Source of the DNA: a virus
Taxonomy: Duplodnaviria; Caudoviricetes
Length of the DNA: 64,000 nt
IMG/VR virus record: IMGVR_UViG_3300031993_000012
Span: 118,216 to 182,215 of that record
Strand: one strand, 5' to 3'
A model generated the notes under the pieces. It was not told where the DNA came from and made no database searches. It saw nothing but the letters and a program-made list of their open reading frames with translations. Both the position numbers and the translations under genes were made by a program. Below are positions 18,829-29,283 of this stretch, in pieces. The first letter of the stretch is position 1. Every line of letters starts with the position of its first letter.

Positions 18829-21310
18829 TATTAAGTATAAAATTATTATTCGGAACACATGCGTTGTTGTCACTCCAGGTGAAGATGCAATGGAACGTTT
18901 AGGTCCGATAGTAAACACATTGACATATGAAGATGAGTTTGTTGAAGAAACAATAACTCTTGGAATTATGTTGGATAAATCATCGAATGAACTGTATATT
19001 CACAAAGGAATCGATATACCATTCTTGAAGAAATTATTAATCAATTGCGATGTTGAATATGATATTGATTACGAAGGTGAAGATATGGATTTCCAATTTG
19101 AGGAACTGATATCACCACGTAATGAAGAACAGAAAGACGTTATTGATTTCATTGCAGGAGAAAATGATTTTGTGGACAACCGAGATGATTCTCGGTTGTT
19201 CGTTGTGAAAAAACCCGGATTTGGCAAAATGCAACCATTCTTTGCAAAGATTGCAACTCCAAAAGGATATGTCAAAATGGCGGATATTCGTCCCGGTAGT
19301 ATCATATTTGACAACGGCGGTTTTGAATGTAAAGTATTGAAAACATTTGACCATGGTCCACAGAAAGTATATAAAGTAACTTTTTCAGATGGACGAGAAA
19401 CGTATTGTGGTGATGAACATCTTTGGCGTGTAAAAGGAGATGGTGAATGGCATATCAAACCATTGTATGAAATTCGTAATTCATATATGTCATACATGAC
19501 ACGTTGTAAATATCGATATGAGATTCCAAAGAATGGTTATATTGATTACCCATGGATCCCACAAAGAGTTGATACATTCACATATGGAATTTGTATTGGT
19601 TTGGCAAATCATAATAAGAAACATTTGACATTCGATATCGAATATTATCAACTTGATAAAGTTCAATCGATTGTATTGGATTTATGCAATATAAACGATT
19701 GGGAATATCGATTTGAAAATAATTCATTTGAGTTTCTTGATGAACATGGTCGTTATATTAATCATGATGATATATTCTACAAAGGTATTGATTCAATTCC
19801 GAATGAGATGAAGTATTCACGTTCACGTTTAGAATTACTTGGTGGAATACTTGAATCAATGGTATGGGCTAACAATGCAAGAGTTATCTCATCAACCCAG
19901 AAAGCATTATTGAATGACATCATTGATATATTCCGTTCATGTCAATGCTATGCTAAATTAAAACTGAGTAAATACAGCAATGTTTGCAGTATTGAATTTG
20001 GTTTAAATACACACGTATTAATGGAAACATGTGAAGATTGTCGTAAGTATTTCAAACGTTGGTGGAATACATATACCAAACGTAATAAAGAACCAATCTA
20101 CATCAAAGACATTAAAGAATTTGGTACATATCAATGTAGATGTATTCAAGTTGATTCTTCTGATAAGTTATATCTGACAGATGATTATATCGTTACACAT
20201 AATACATATTGTACTGGATATGGAATTGGTTTGTATAAAAAGAAAGCATTGATAATAATGCATCGTGATACATTACGTGTACAATGGAATGAATCGTTAT
20301 TCATGATGAATGGATTCGATCATCAACATGTACATGAAATCGAAAAAACCGAAGAATTATATAACATCGCAATTGGTAACTATGACGAAGAGTACGACGT
20401 GTATTTGATTACACATGCAACATTCCGTGCGGGATTAAAACGAATTGGTGATTTGAAAATCGCACAGAATATTATTAAGAATCTTGGTATTGGTATCAAA
20501 GTAATCGATGAAGCTCACTTGGAATTCAAAGATATATTGTTGATTGATGCTGTATGTAATGTAAAACGTAATATTTATCTTACTGCAACACCTGGTAGAT
20601 CACAACGTGAAGAAAACCGAATATATTGGAATGTATTTAAATCCGCAACCTTCTATGAATCATCAAATGAACTTAATAACAATATTCCAGATAAATGGAT
20701 GAACTACGTTACAGTGAAACTCGATTCACAATGTCGTCCAAATATTTATCGTTATCAAGTTACCCGTGGTAAAGGTATGAGTCCAGCATCATACGGTAAA
20801 TGGGTAATTGCATATGATAAAAAGAAACGTCATTTCAAGTGTTGCAAAGAGATAGTAATGGAGTGTTTTAAACGAGATTCAAATGCGAAAGTATTAATAT
20901 TAATACCATTGATTGCGTTATGTGATTCATTAATGGATTTTCTAATTGAAGAATTGGATAAAGAAGATGAATTCAAATATGCATTATCAATTCGAACCAT
21001 TAATTCCAATAACAGTAAATCTGATAATGAATATAATAAGAAAGCAGATGTAATAATATCTACATTAGGTAGTATGGGTGTTGGTACTGATGTTAAAGGA
21101 TTAACTGACATAATTAACATGACTCCATATTGTAGTAAACTTACAGCTGAACAATCGTTAGGACGTGTTCGTTATGCCGGTAAACCCGGACACTACTATG
21201 ATGTCGTCGATACATCTGTACCAATGGATACGTTCTGGTGGCGTGCTCGTTCTAAAACATTAAAACGTTTATCGATGTCGCATTCCGAGTTATATTGGCA
21301 TGAAGAATAA
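18821..21310 (+). CDS. SF2 (UvsW/XPB-like DEAH) helicase interrupted by an intein
   Basis: PRNEEQ, Walker A PGFGK|T split by the intein, VIDEAH, LTATP, GTDVKGL, EQSLGRVR. Confidence 0.9.
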   Translation: MIDIKYKIIIRNTCVVVTPGEDAMERLGPIVNTLTYEDEFVEETITLGIMLDKSSNELYIHKGIDIPFLKKLLINCDVEYDIDYEGEDMDFQFEELISPRNEEQKDVIDFIAGENDFVDNRDDSRLFVVKKPGFGKMQPFFAKIATPKGYVKMADIRPGSIIFDNGGFECKVLKTFDHGPQKVYKVTFSDGRETYCGDEHLWRVKGDGEWHIKPLYEIRNSYMSYMTRCKYRYEIPKNGYIDYPWIPQRVDTFTYGICIGLANHNKKHLTFDIEYYQLDKVQSIVLDLCNINDWEYRFENNSFEFLDEHGRYINHDDIFYKGIDSIPNEMKYSRSRLELLGGILESMVWANNARVISSTQKALLNDIIDIFRSCQCYAKLKLSKYSNVCSIEFGLNTHVLMETCEDCRKYFKRWWNTYTKRNKEPIYIKDIKEFGTYQCRCIQVDSSDKLYLTDDYIVTHNTYCTGYGIGLYKKKALIIMHRDTLRVQWNESLFMMNGFDHQHVHEIEKTEELYNIAIGNYDEEYDVYLITHATFRAGLKRIGDLKIAQNIIKNLGIGIKVIDEAHLEFKDILLIDAVCNVKRNIYLTATPGRSQREENRIYWNVFKSATFYESSNELNNNIPDKWMNYVTVKLDSQCRPNIYRYQVTRGKGMSPASYGKWVIAYDKKKRHFKCCKEIVMECFKRDSNAKVLILIPLIALCDSLMDFLIEELDKEDEFKYALSIRTINSNNSKSDNEYNKKADVIISTLGSMGVGTDVKGLTDIINMTPYCSKLTAEQSLGRVRYAGKPGHYYDVVDTSVPMDTFWWRARSKTLKRLSMSHSELYWHEE
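19229..20203 (+). mobile_element. Class 3 intein (325 aa) with degenerate LAGLIDADG endonuclease
   Basis: Begins MQPFFAKIATPKG and ends DYIVTHN followed by Thr+1. WCT triad: EHLW (block B), CRCIQV (block F), VTHN (block G). LAGLIDADG remnants TYGICIGLA and LLGGILESM. Confidence 0.88.
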
Positions 21311-21531
21311 CCTTGTTATATATCTATAATTTCAAAAAACGATATATATATCATTATTATGGTCTGAGGAAAAGATGTTTTCATATATACGGACTGGTAA
21401 GTCAACCTTGGTACGCAAAGGCACTTATCAGAAAATATATATGAAACTCCGTATCTGATGACCGTCGGCATTTGTACCCAAGATGCCATCCCAACAAAAT
21501 TTTCAATACACATAAAAGGATGGTAATTAAA

Positions 21532-22272
21532 ATGAAAAAGGTTAATGTTAAAGTTTATCTGGAATTCATCGCATTGGTACTTATGACAATCTCATTTGTC
21601 AGCGGTTGTTGCAAAGTTGGAAAAGGAGCAAGAATTCATGTGACTGACGAATTGGTCAAGAGTGAAGCTAATGTTCCGTATCCTGTTATTGCAACAGCAT
21701 TAAGTACCTCGGTTGTACAGATAACTTACACTACCGAGGGTACATTCGGTATTCAGACAACAGAAACATCAGTAGAAGAATTAAGTGAAACTACTACTGA
21801 GGTTCAAGAAGCAGAGAATATCGCTGTACCTATTTCATACGCCGATCACACGAATATCGAGAATGACATGAATGTCGACGTTACGGAAATGTCATTCGAA
21901 CCTAACGACTATGGATACTATCCATCTGTAGCAAATGGCTACATAACAGAAGAGGAACGTATATTCCTCTGTAACACGGTTGGAACCGAATGGGGTTCTG
22001 ATTGGGTAAGCTTGTACGATAAAGCAATGGTGGTCGATACTGTAATGACCAGAGTCGAGGAAGGCTGTTGGACAAACGGACTGGAATCAACTGTTTACAA
22101 CGTATTGACTGCTCCTAATCAATATAACCCCGAATATGCAGAGCCGTGGTATCACGATAACGTGACACAGTCATGCATTGATGCTGTGGAGTATTACTTC
22201 CAGCATCGCGATGATTTTCCGCATTACACATCTTTCTACGGAGATGGTGTGGAGAATCATTTCTATAACTAA
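21532..22272 (+). CDS. Exported/lipoprotein-like SleB-type (Hydrolase_2) cell wall hydrolase
   Basis: Signal peptide ending FVSGC, T/E-rich linker, then FLCNTVGTEWG...AMVVDTVMTRV...TVYNVLTAPNQY. Confidence 0.7.
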   Translation: MKKVNVKVYLEFIALVLMTISFVSGCCKVGKGARIHVTDELVKSEANVPYPVIATALSTSVVQITYTTEGTFGIQTTETSVEELSETTTEVQEAENIAVPISYADHTNIENDMNVDVTEMSFEPNDYGYYPSVANGYITEEERIFLCNTVGTEWGSDWVSLYDKAMVVDTVMTRVEEGCWTNGLESTVYNVLTAPNQYNPEYAEPWYHDNVTQSCIDAVEYYFQHRDDFPHYTSFYGDGVENHFYN

Positions 22273-22292
22273 ATGATGAAGGGAGATATACC

Positions 22293-22520
22293 ATGAAAAA
22301 GGGAGAGCAGATCTATCTGGTAATAATCGATTGTTCGCGAGTTAGCATTCTCACAATCGACCAAACGCCATTGAAAGTAACACGGTCGCAAAGGAATACG
22401 TTGATGAATTGGAAAAGCGAAACTTACATAACAGATGTAATCAAAGCGTTTTCAAATGACAACATACTACATCCGAAATTCTCTGTCGTACAAGACGGAG
22501 AAACTGTGTTCGAAAGATAA
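22293..22520 (+). CDS. Hypothetical protein
   Basis: SD AAGGGAG; terminator hairpin at 22532-22551. Confidence 0.6.
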   Translation: MKKGEQIYLVIIDCSRVSILTIDQTPLKVTRSQRNTLMNWKSETYITDVIKAFSNDNILHPKFSVVQDGETVFER

Positions 22521-22567
22521 GCTTAGAGTATACCCGGGCTATATGCCCGGGTGTCTCGATCTCTTTA

Positions 22568-22975
22568 TCATGGTATATCGATGTCATCGATGATATGGGT
22601 CTCATCAGGCTCTTTTGGGTGATCATCGGTGGCGATTTCATCGAACTCAATCAAAGGAAACTCATTAGTTGAAGGGACATCTTCATCTGACTGGTTTCCT
22701 TTTTTGTTGAGTTGTTTACCAACTTGATTAATACCACATGCACCAGCACCAGAAGATATTCCGATGAATACCGCTTCAATGATATTGTTACCCATTTCAA
22801 CATCAGTGAAATAGTATCCACATACAGAAAGTATTATACCATACACAATCGCAAAGATTGGTAAGTAGTATGATATATCCTTTTTGAATAATGATGCTAT
22901 ATAACGTGTGGTAGAAACAAGAATGGTTACAAATGTCGATAACGTAATAATTGAGAATTCTAACATATAAATCAC
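22568..22975 (-). CDS. Putative holin (three TM segments, acidic tail)
   Basis: LPIFAIVYGIILSV...AVFIGISSGAGACGINQVGKQL resembles Firmicutes phage holins. Confidence 0.7.
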   Translation of the reverse strand: MIYMLEFSIITLSTFVTILVSTTRYIASLFKKDISYYLPIFAIVYGIILSVCGYYFTDVEMGNNIIEAVFIGISSGAGACGINQVGKQLNKKGNQSDEDVPSTNEFPLIEFDEIATDDHPKEPDETHIIDDIDIP

Positions 22976-23041
22976 TCCTTATATATTTGGACGGTTGTCC
23001 ATTACTATAGGGTACTTATATTATCAAAGGAGGAAATTCAT

Positions 23042-24070
23042 ATGAATAGCAAATTACTTGTAGTTCATCATACTGATGCAGATGGTCATTGTGCTGCTGC
23101 ATTGGTTAAGTACGAACTTGCAGGACCAGCGTATACTGAGTATTATGCATATAATTACGCTGGTGAAATCAAATGCGATGTTGATCCAAGTACAATGGTG
23201 TATTTGGTTGATATATCAATGAATGATGATGTTGAAACATTCATCAAACATTGTATTGATATCAAATGTAAAATTGTACATATCGATCATCATAAAACAT
23301 CGGTTGATTATTATAAGGAAAACAAAATCGATGATCCGAATTGGGTATATTTCGTACATGATGAAAATGATGAACGTAATGGAGCCATCAGCGGTTGTCT
23401 GCTTACATTCATATATTCATGTATGAATTCGGATAAACGTCAGCATCCAATGGACGTTGATTTTGATTTGACTGAAATGCGTGATCATCTAATATTTGAT
23501 GGTAATACCGATAAAGAGTATCGTGTACCATTCATCGTACGGTTGATTGATGACCATGATGTATGGCGTCATAAAATGAATGAAACGAAACCTTTCTCAT
23601 ATGCATATAAGAGAATGCCAAAAGAGTTCACAGATCCAGAAAACGAAGATTTGTGGGAGGCAATATACAACGATAACCATCGTGTTATCTTCCAAGCCAT
23701 CCAATCCGGTGAACGTTATATCGAAGATGAAAATGAAAGAAATGCAATACTCCGTAGTATTGGTGGTTTTGAATCCGACATATTTGAAAACCATTGTTAT
23801 TGTATGAATTCATTGACTGCTGGCAGTGATCAGTTTGGTGACGAATATGACAATCATGACATGGTTTGTAGATTCGCATATAATGGTAAGGGCTGGTCGT
23901 ATTCATTATACAGTAGCAATCCAACTGTTGATTGTTCTGAGATTGCCAAGAAATACGGCGGTGGTGGTCACCGTGGTGCCGCAGGATTCAAATTGGATTA
24001 CAGTATCTTCGGTAGTCAACCTCCAAAGAAATCAATCTGGCAAAAGATCAAAGATTTCTTTATACATTAA
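23042..24070 (+). CDS. DHH/DHHA1 family phosphoesterase
   Basis: HHTDADG, LVDIS, HIDHH, GGGGHRGAAGF. Confidence 0.92.
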   Translation: MNSKLLVVHHTDADGHCAAALVKYELAGPAYTEYYAYNYAGEIKCDVDPSTMVYLVDISMNDDVETFIKHCIDIKCKIVHIDHHKTSVDYYKENKIDDPNWVYFVHDENDERNGAISGCLLTFIYSCMNSDKRQHPMDVDFDLTEMRDHLIFDGNTDKEYRVPFIVRLIDDHDVWRHKMNETKPFSYAYKRMPKEFTDPENEDLWEAIYNDNHRVIFQAIQSGERYIEDENERNAILRSIGGFESDIFENHCYCMNSLTAGSDQFGDEYDNHDMVCRFAYNGKGWSYSLYSSNPTVDCSEIAKKYGGGGHRGAAGFKLDYSIFGSQPPKKSIWQKIKDFFIH

Positions 24071-24074
24071 TAAA

Positions 24075-24098
24075 TATCCCCCGGATATCCGGGGGATA
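24075..24098. terminator. Palindromic bidirectional terminator between convergent genes
   Basis: TATCCCCCGGATATCCGGGGGATA. Confidence 0.8.
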
Positions 24099-24103
24099 CA
24101 ATA

Positions 24104-26059
24104 TTATATTTTTACAATTTCTTCGAGTGGTGTTTCACGCGTTTTCCGATTATTCAAAGTTGAACATAATCCTTTCTTAACAGAATTGGATATGTCTTGG
24201 AATAATAATCCTGATAAAAAGTTTGATGTTTGTACAAGTGAACGGAAATTATCTTTTTTGTACGATAATGGATCTACTTGGGGATTTTTACCGTATATCT
24301 TTGCGAATGTATCGTTGTCTTCCGTACGGCATGTACGACGTGTCAACATCTCATATATAATAGATGGTGAACTCAAATCAATGTTATTCATTGATAAACA
24401 TGTGAACATCATCTGTACTATGAGCGGATATGGTATTTGTGCAATCTTAGAATACAGGAATATTTGATTGATAAAGTATTCTACATTTACAACATTCTGA
24501 CGAATTGACAAACGCGTTATTGCAGAATTCGGTTCGTATGTAATTATGATATTATCAGGATCTTCTTGTGGCTCAGCATACAAATTAAACGACATTAATG
24601 CAGGAATTGTCAATAATGTAGATGCTGTTGGTTTATCACTCTTATCATAGAATTGTACGGGTACAATGCCGAGACATGCAATGTACGTAGTTTCACGTTC
24701 GAATCCTACGAGATCGACGTCATCACCCTCTGATTCATCTTTGATACGTGGAATGAATATTCTCATTTTTTCTTTATTGAATAAATATCCATCTTTGATA
24801 AATAACTTATCAGCCTGAGATAGTACTGTTTGTTCAACTTTCATTGTACCTGCAGATTGTGCAAGATTATGTTTTGATTTCAGTTTAAGGTTAAGAATTT
24901 TATCGGTGAATTGCGTACATAATAAACCAACATGTGTTATATTTCCAAGATTATAAAATAATGGTCCTGCACATTTCGCACATATACGATCGTGTGTACA
25001 ACAAACCGGTGAACACAATCTGACCGTTTTACCCATATAAGAATTAATGTTCTTTGGTGTAAGAGTTACTATTTTTGAACCTTCCATTATATTACGATTA
25101 TAAACATATTTCGCTGTAGATTTATCAATCAATAATGGGATCGTGGCTTTGGTTCCACAATCTGATTTTGGATTCGGGTCTAATTCTTCTGACTGGAGCA
25201 ATGCCATCATTTGTTTTGACATATATCCAGCATCAGCAGTACCAACTGCAGAAGGATATGCACCAGCAACAACTGAATTGGCAAATGCAGGAATATCCTT
25301 TCGATCAATGCCATCCATCATTGAAGATTCAACAACATCATATTTTTGCGTAATATCATTGAATACTGCACCACGCATAACATTGATTGTTTTGTAATTA
25401 TTGTCCAAATTATAAACACCGGAATTGAATAAATCATTTGATTCACCAGCGTTTTTCAAATTTGTTTTAACCATTCCAATTAATTCTTTTTCAATTGAAT
25501 TGGTTGCAAGAATCTGTTTAACCGGGTCATTTGAATTGACATCATTTGAAAGTTGTTTAAATAATTCCACTTTACGTTTATTTACGTTTTCCATTGGCAT
25601 CAATAATGATGATGAAACCGCAGTTCCGATATAACAACAAATCCATGCTGCTAAATGATCACGGGTATCAATAACATTTGCTTGGTCTTCAGTTGTAATC
25701 TGATCTGCAATAACTAATTGCGCCAGCATGGTTTCAAATGATTCCATTCCTTTATTGCTTAATGGAATATTCCAATATTTTGTTACTTGGATTATATGTG
25801 TTTTCTCCAATACAACTCGATTGAATAACAACATTCCAAGTGATGTTTCTGTTGGTCCAACAACATACGGATACTCTTCCGGTGTTAACATTATATGTGC
25901 ATTACAATCAAAATTCGCATGTTTAAAAGTACCAGTTTCACGATCATGATATGATGCAAACATGTCTTCGATAAATGCTTTGTTGATTTGTTCAATTGGG
26001 GTTGAAAGAAGTTTTTGTTTACCCAATTTAGTATTCTGGGCATCAGCCATTAGTATCAT
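24104..26059 (-). CDS. Split RNA polymerase beta' subunit, C-terminal fragment (bridge helix, Zn site, trigger loop)
   Basis: SAVGTADAGYMSKQ (bridge helix), SDCGT, LCSPVCC..ICAKCAG, VGLLCTQFTDKILNLKLKSKH. Confidence 0.88.
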   Translation of the reverse strand: MILMADAQNTKLGKQKLLSTPIEQINKAFIEDMFASYHDRETGTFKHANFDCNAHIMLTPEEYPYVVGPTETSLGMLLFNRVVLEKTHIIQVTKYWNIPLSNKGMESFETMLAQLVIADQITTEDQANVIDTRDHLAAWICCYIGTAVSSSLLMPMENVNKRKVELFKQLSNDVNSNDPVKQILATNSIEKELIGMVKTNLKNAGESNDLFNSGVYNLDNNYKTINVMRGAVFNDITQKYDVVESSMMDGIDRKDIPAFANSVVAGAYPSAVGTADAGYMSKQMMALLQSEELDPNPKSDCGTKATIPLLIDKSTAKYVYNRNIMEGSKIVTLTPKNINSYMGKTVRLCSPVCCTHDRICAKCAGPLFYNLGNITHVGLLCTQFTDKILNLKLKSKHNLAQSAGTMKVEQTVLSQADKLFIKDGYLFNKEKMRIFIPRIKDESEGDDVDLVGFERETTYIACLGIVPVQFYDKSDKPTASTLLTIPALMSFNLYAEPQEDPDNIIITYEPNSAITRLSIRQNVVNVEYFINQIFLYSKIAQIPYPLIVQMMFTCLSMNNIDLSSPSIIYEMLTRRTCRTEDNDTFAKIYGKNPQVDPLSYKKDNFRSLVQTSNFLSGLLFQDISNSVKKGLCSTLNNRKTRETPLEEIVKI

Positions 26060-26151
26060 TCCTTTCTTATATATAAAAGATTATCGATTGGTTGATGGTG
26101 GGATTACCCACCATCTATAATTTTTGAATTCGATATTTATATTATTTAAAT

Positions 26152-26365
26152 GGAAGAGAACAAAGAAATATTTATCGAAAGGAGCTGTTTCTCATGGGTG
26201 AAATTGTGATATTCCCCGTACCTTCGGGTGAGAGTATCATTTGCGAATAATACAAATGATAATATGAACAGTGGTTGATCCCCACGATAAAGAATCGATC
26301 GTTCAACGTAATCGCAGTTACGTTGTTCCATTCGCCATAAACCATCGACATCTTTGAACTCTTCC
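26152..26365 (+). ncRNA. Candidate multibranch structured RNA / 5' leader
   Basis: Ends pair (GGAAGAG..CAAAGA with TCTTTG..CTCTTCC). Internal stems: TTTATCG/CGATAAA, TATCATTTG/CAAATGATA and CAACGTAA/TTACGTTG. Starts a few nt after an early promoter motif. Confidence 0.5.
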
Positions 26366-26396
26366 TAATATATTGTAATTCAAAGGAGGAAAATAA

Positions 26397-27602
26397 ATGG
26401 ATTACAACAAACTTATTTTACCACTGATGATGATTTTGCGTAAAGCAAAACCTGATGAATCAGTAATTAATTCGTTGATAAAAAGTCGCGTATGGTATAC
26501 TGTAGACATCAGCACTATTTATCACAGTATAACCCCTGTGTTTTCGGCGATATCTGATAAAGGTAGTAAATCAATGTATATAGATGAAAGCGGTGAAGTA
26601 TATACACAGTTTCGAACACCATTCGGCGCATCATCAGTCGATCTAATATGGTACAAGAAAGTGCCGCTCTTAATTTTGAAACGACACTTCAAAGATACCC
26701 ATGCGTCAAATTATGAAATTATGACGCTCAACAATAAGTATTGTCGAGAGATGGTAATCGAATTTGTTAAAAAATGTGTCGCTGCACAAAACAAATTTGC
26801 AGTAAACACATTCGCCGGTCAAATTGATATTGTCGATTACACCGGACGTAATGGTGAATATTTACATTGCGACAAAAAATCATTTGATGATGTCTTTCTG
26901 CCTGATGAACAACAGAATGCTATCATTAATGGTGTGAACGATTTCATCAATAAAATACCGTGGATGGAAGAAAATCATATTCCGACCCATTACGGAATAT
27001 TATTGTATGGAACACCCGGATGTGGTCGTACATCAATTATTAAAGCCATTATTAATAAATGGAATATTCGTCCACATTACATTCAGCAATTAGAGTGTTT
27101 GCCGCAATTGGTAATGTCACAGTTACCCACACGGAAAACACCAACAAATGAACTCCATATGGTTATATGTGAGGATATTGATTGCACACTGTTTAATCGT
27201 CAGAAAGGTTTCAAAGAAACTAAATACGATGAAGAGTATGACGAATTTGAATGCAACGGAGCATTCTTTAATCCGAATCTGCGTAGGGGTAAAACATCTT
27301 TGTCACAGGTATTAAATGCAATTGATGGAATGGTGGCACCACATAATACATTATTTGTGTTTACGACCAATCACATCGAAGAATTAGATCCAGCTCTGAT
27401 TAGACCGGGTAGAATGGATTTGCATTTGGAGATAAAACCAATATGCAAAGAAACGTTAAATAAATTCTGTCTTAAATTCTTTGGTAAATCAATACCGGAA
27501 GATTTTAAATGTAAAGAAGGAGTGTTATTCTCCACATTGCAAACGATCATAATGGGTAATGGTACCTATGATGATATATTAAACTATATGAAAGAGGAGT
27601 AA
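26397..27602 (+). CDS. BCS1-like AAA+ ATPase with variant Walker A
   Basis: GILLYGTPGCGRTS, ICEDIDC, SLSQVLNAIDG, FTTNHIEELDPALIRPGRMD. Confidence 0.9.
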   Translation: MDYNKLILPLMMILRKAKPDESVINSLIKSRVWYTVDISTIYHSITPVFSAISDKGSKSMYIDESGEVYTQFRTPFGASSVDLIWYKKVPLLILKRHFKDTHASNYEIMTLNNKYCREMVIEFVKKCVAAQNKFAVNTFAGQIDIVDYTGRNGEYLHCDKKSFDDVFLPDEQQNAIINGVNDFINKIPWMEENHIPTHYGILLYGTPGCGRTSIIKAIINKWNIRPHYIQQLECLPQLVMSQLPTRKTPTNELHMVICEDIDCTLFNRQKGFKETKYDEEYDEFECNGAFFNPNLRRGKTSLSQVLNAIDGMVAPHNTLFVFTTNHIEELDPALIRPGRMDLHLEIKPICKETLNKFCLKFFGKSIPEDFKCKEGVLFSTLQTIIMGNGTYDDILNYMKEE

Positions 27603-27607
27603 TTAAA

Positions 27608-27820
27608 ATGAAGAACAACAAACTCACAAAAGGATTAATCATCGTATCAACAATTGGTGCAATTGCATCAATCGCTCGTTTGGTACTGATGCTGATTGAC
27701 AGAAAGTCACAGCACACCGATGAAGTGTTATACTTCGATGGTTGTGATGAGGATTGTGATATTCCGACATATCCTGATTTCTATGACCAGGCTGAAGAGG
27801 AGGATACTGATAATGAGTAA
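27608..27820 (+). CDS. Small membrane-anchored acidic protein
   Basis: One N-terminal hydrophobic segment, SD GAGGAG. Confidence 0.6.
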   Translation: MKNNKLTKGLIIVSTIGAIASIARLVLMLIDRKSQHTDEVLYFDGCDEDCDIPTYPDFYDQAEEEDTDNE

Positions 27821-28424
27821 AGAATTAGTAGATGATTTCATCAACAATACAGGAACAAAAGAAATCCCGGAAGATGAATTAGTAGCAATACATTCAATAC
27901 CAATGTTTCTGCCGTTATACACAGAACCGGTTGGTATTCCTGTTCAGCCAATTATTGATATGACACCGGAAGAACGTATGCGCACTTTTAAAGAGTTCAT
28001 AAAAGATATTCGTTCGGTATGTTCGATGTTCAAGGATATCGCGCATCTCGATAAACTTAACAATCCGGATGAAATCTACGAGGAAATCAAAGATACCGTT
28101 TGGCCATTCGCGGCTTCAATCGGTATAAAATTCAATCTGGCAGTTTCCGATAAATGGTTGGAGATAAGCTGTATACTTGTACAGGTTTACGGTTATCTTA
28201 CCGAAATAACCAGATGGATGGCAGCGGAATACTCCATTACGTATGATCCCGATGATGACCAAGTTGTACAAGCGGCAGTATCGGACGATGTTGATGAACA
28301 GCCTGGAGAATCTGATGAACTTGAGGATTCTAGATTCATGGATATGCTCGCAGCAGAGATGATGGGTGCAACCCAGGGTAACCCATTCTCTGATAAAGAA
28401 TTATTCGGTGAAGACAAAAAATAA
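27813..28424 (+). CDS. Acidic hypothetical protein
   Basis: Start moved to ATG 27813 after GAGGAGG; hairpin at 28433-28456 follows. Confidence 0.65.
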   Translation: MSKELVDDFINNTGTKEIPEDELVAIHSIPMFLPLYTEPVGIPVQPIIDMTPEERMRTFKEFIKDIRSVCSMFKDIAHLDKLNNPDEIYEEIKDTVWPFAASIGIKFNLAVSDKWLEISCILVQVYGYLTEITRWMAAEYSITYDPDDDQVVQAAVSDDVDEQPGESDELEDSRFMDMLAAEMMGATQGNPFSDKELFGEDKK

Positions 28425-28470
28425 TTAATATTATGGCGGGGTCTATACTCCGCCATTTTATACGAAAGGA

Positions 28471-29208
28471 ATGAATACAATGAAAGTATCATTAATCACA
28501 AACACACCACATCCTGAAGAAGTTATAACCATGGCAGCAAAGATGTGCTATTCAAACAAAACTATTGCTGAAATGACGCTTGAAGAACATGAAGGTTTCA
28601 TCAAGCGTCTTATGGAACTCGGACATGAGTCTCCTATCGAACACGTATCTTTTACCTTTGGAATTGAGGGTATCTCGAGATCTACGAGCTTACAGCTCGT
28701 CCGTCATAGAATAGCGTCATATAGTCAGAAGAGTCAGCGTTATGTCAAAGAGGATCAGTTCGACTACGTGGTTCCACCTACAATCGAAGGTCTTGGTGCT
28801 GAAGACAGATTCAGAAAACTGATGGGATATATTCAGTCTGAATACAATTCCATTAGAAACGACATCATTGCTGAACTTGAAGCACACGGTGCTGATAAGA
28901 AATCTGCTGAAAAGATAGCGAACGAAGATGCCCGTTACGTACTTCCGAATGCATGTCAGACTTCATTAGTATGTACCATGAATGCTCGTTCGTTGTTTAA
29001 CTTCTTCAAACTGAGATGCTGCAATAGAGCACAGTGGGAGATTAGAGAAGTTGCAAATGAGATGTACAGAATCTGCTACCTTGTAGCACCGACGTTATTT
29101 ATGTATGCTGGACCGAGCTGTGTTGTGAATGGCAAGTGTTCAGAAGGTAAGATGTCATGTGGACAGTTAGCTCAGAAGAAACGTGAGTTTGAAGAATTAA
29201 GAAATTAA
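28471..29208 (+). CDS. thyX: FAD-dependent thymidylate synthase
   Basis: GHESPIEH, QLVRHRIASYSQKSQRY, EDARYVLP, RCCNRAQWEIR. Confidence 0.96.
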   Translation: MNTMKVSLITNTPHPEEVITMAAKMCYSNKTIAEMTLEEHEGFIKRLMELGHESPIEHVSFTFGIEGISRSTSLQLVRHRIASYSQKSQRYVKEDQFDYVVPPTIEGLGAEDRFRKLMGYIQSEYNSIRNDIIAELEAHGADKKSAEKIANEDARYVLPNACQTSLVCTMNARSLFNFFKLRCCNRAQWEIREVANEMYRICYLVAPTLFMYAGPSCVVNGKCSEGKMSCGQLAQKKREFEELRN

Positions 29209-29283
29209 AATAAAACCCGGAGCAATGACATTTTCGAATTGTGCGAGAGACTTCAAAAATTAACAAACGGAAGGGGAGATTAT

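Noticed and set aside
21405-21425. c-di-GMP-I riboswitch (ACGCAAAG-like word)
   Set aside because: The GGCAAA P1/P2 junction and GNRA-tetraloop architecture are missing.
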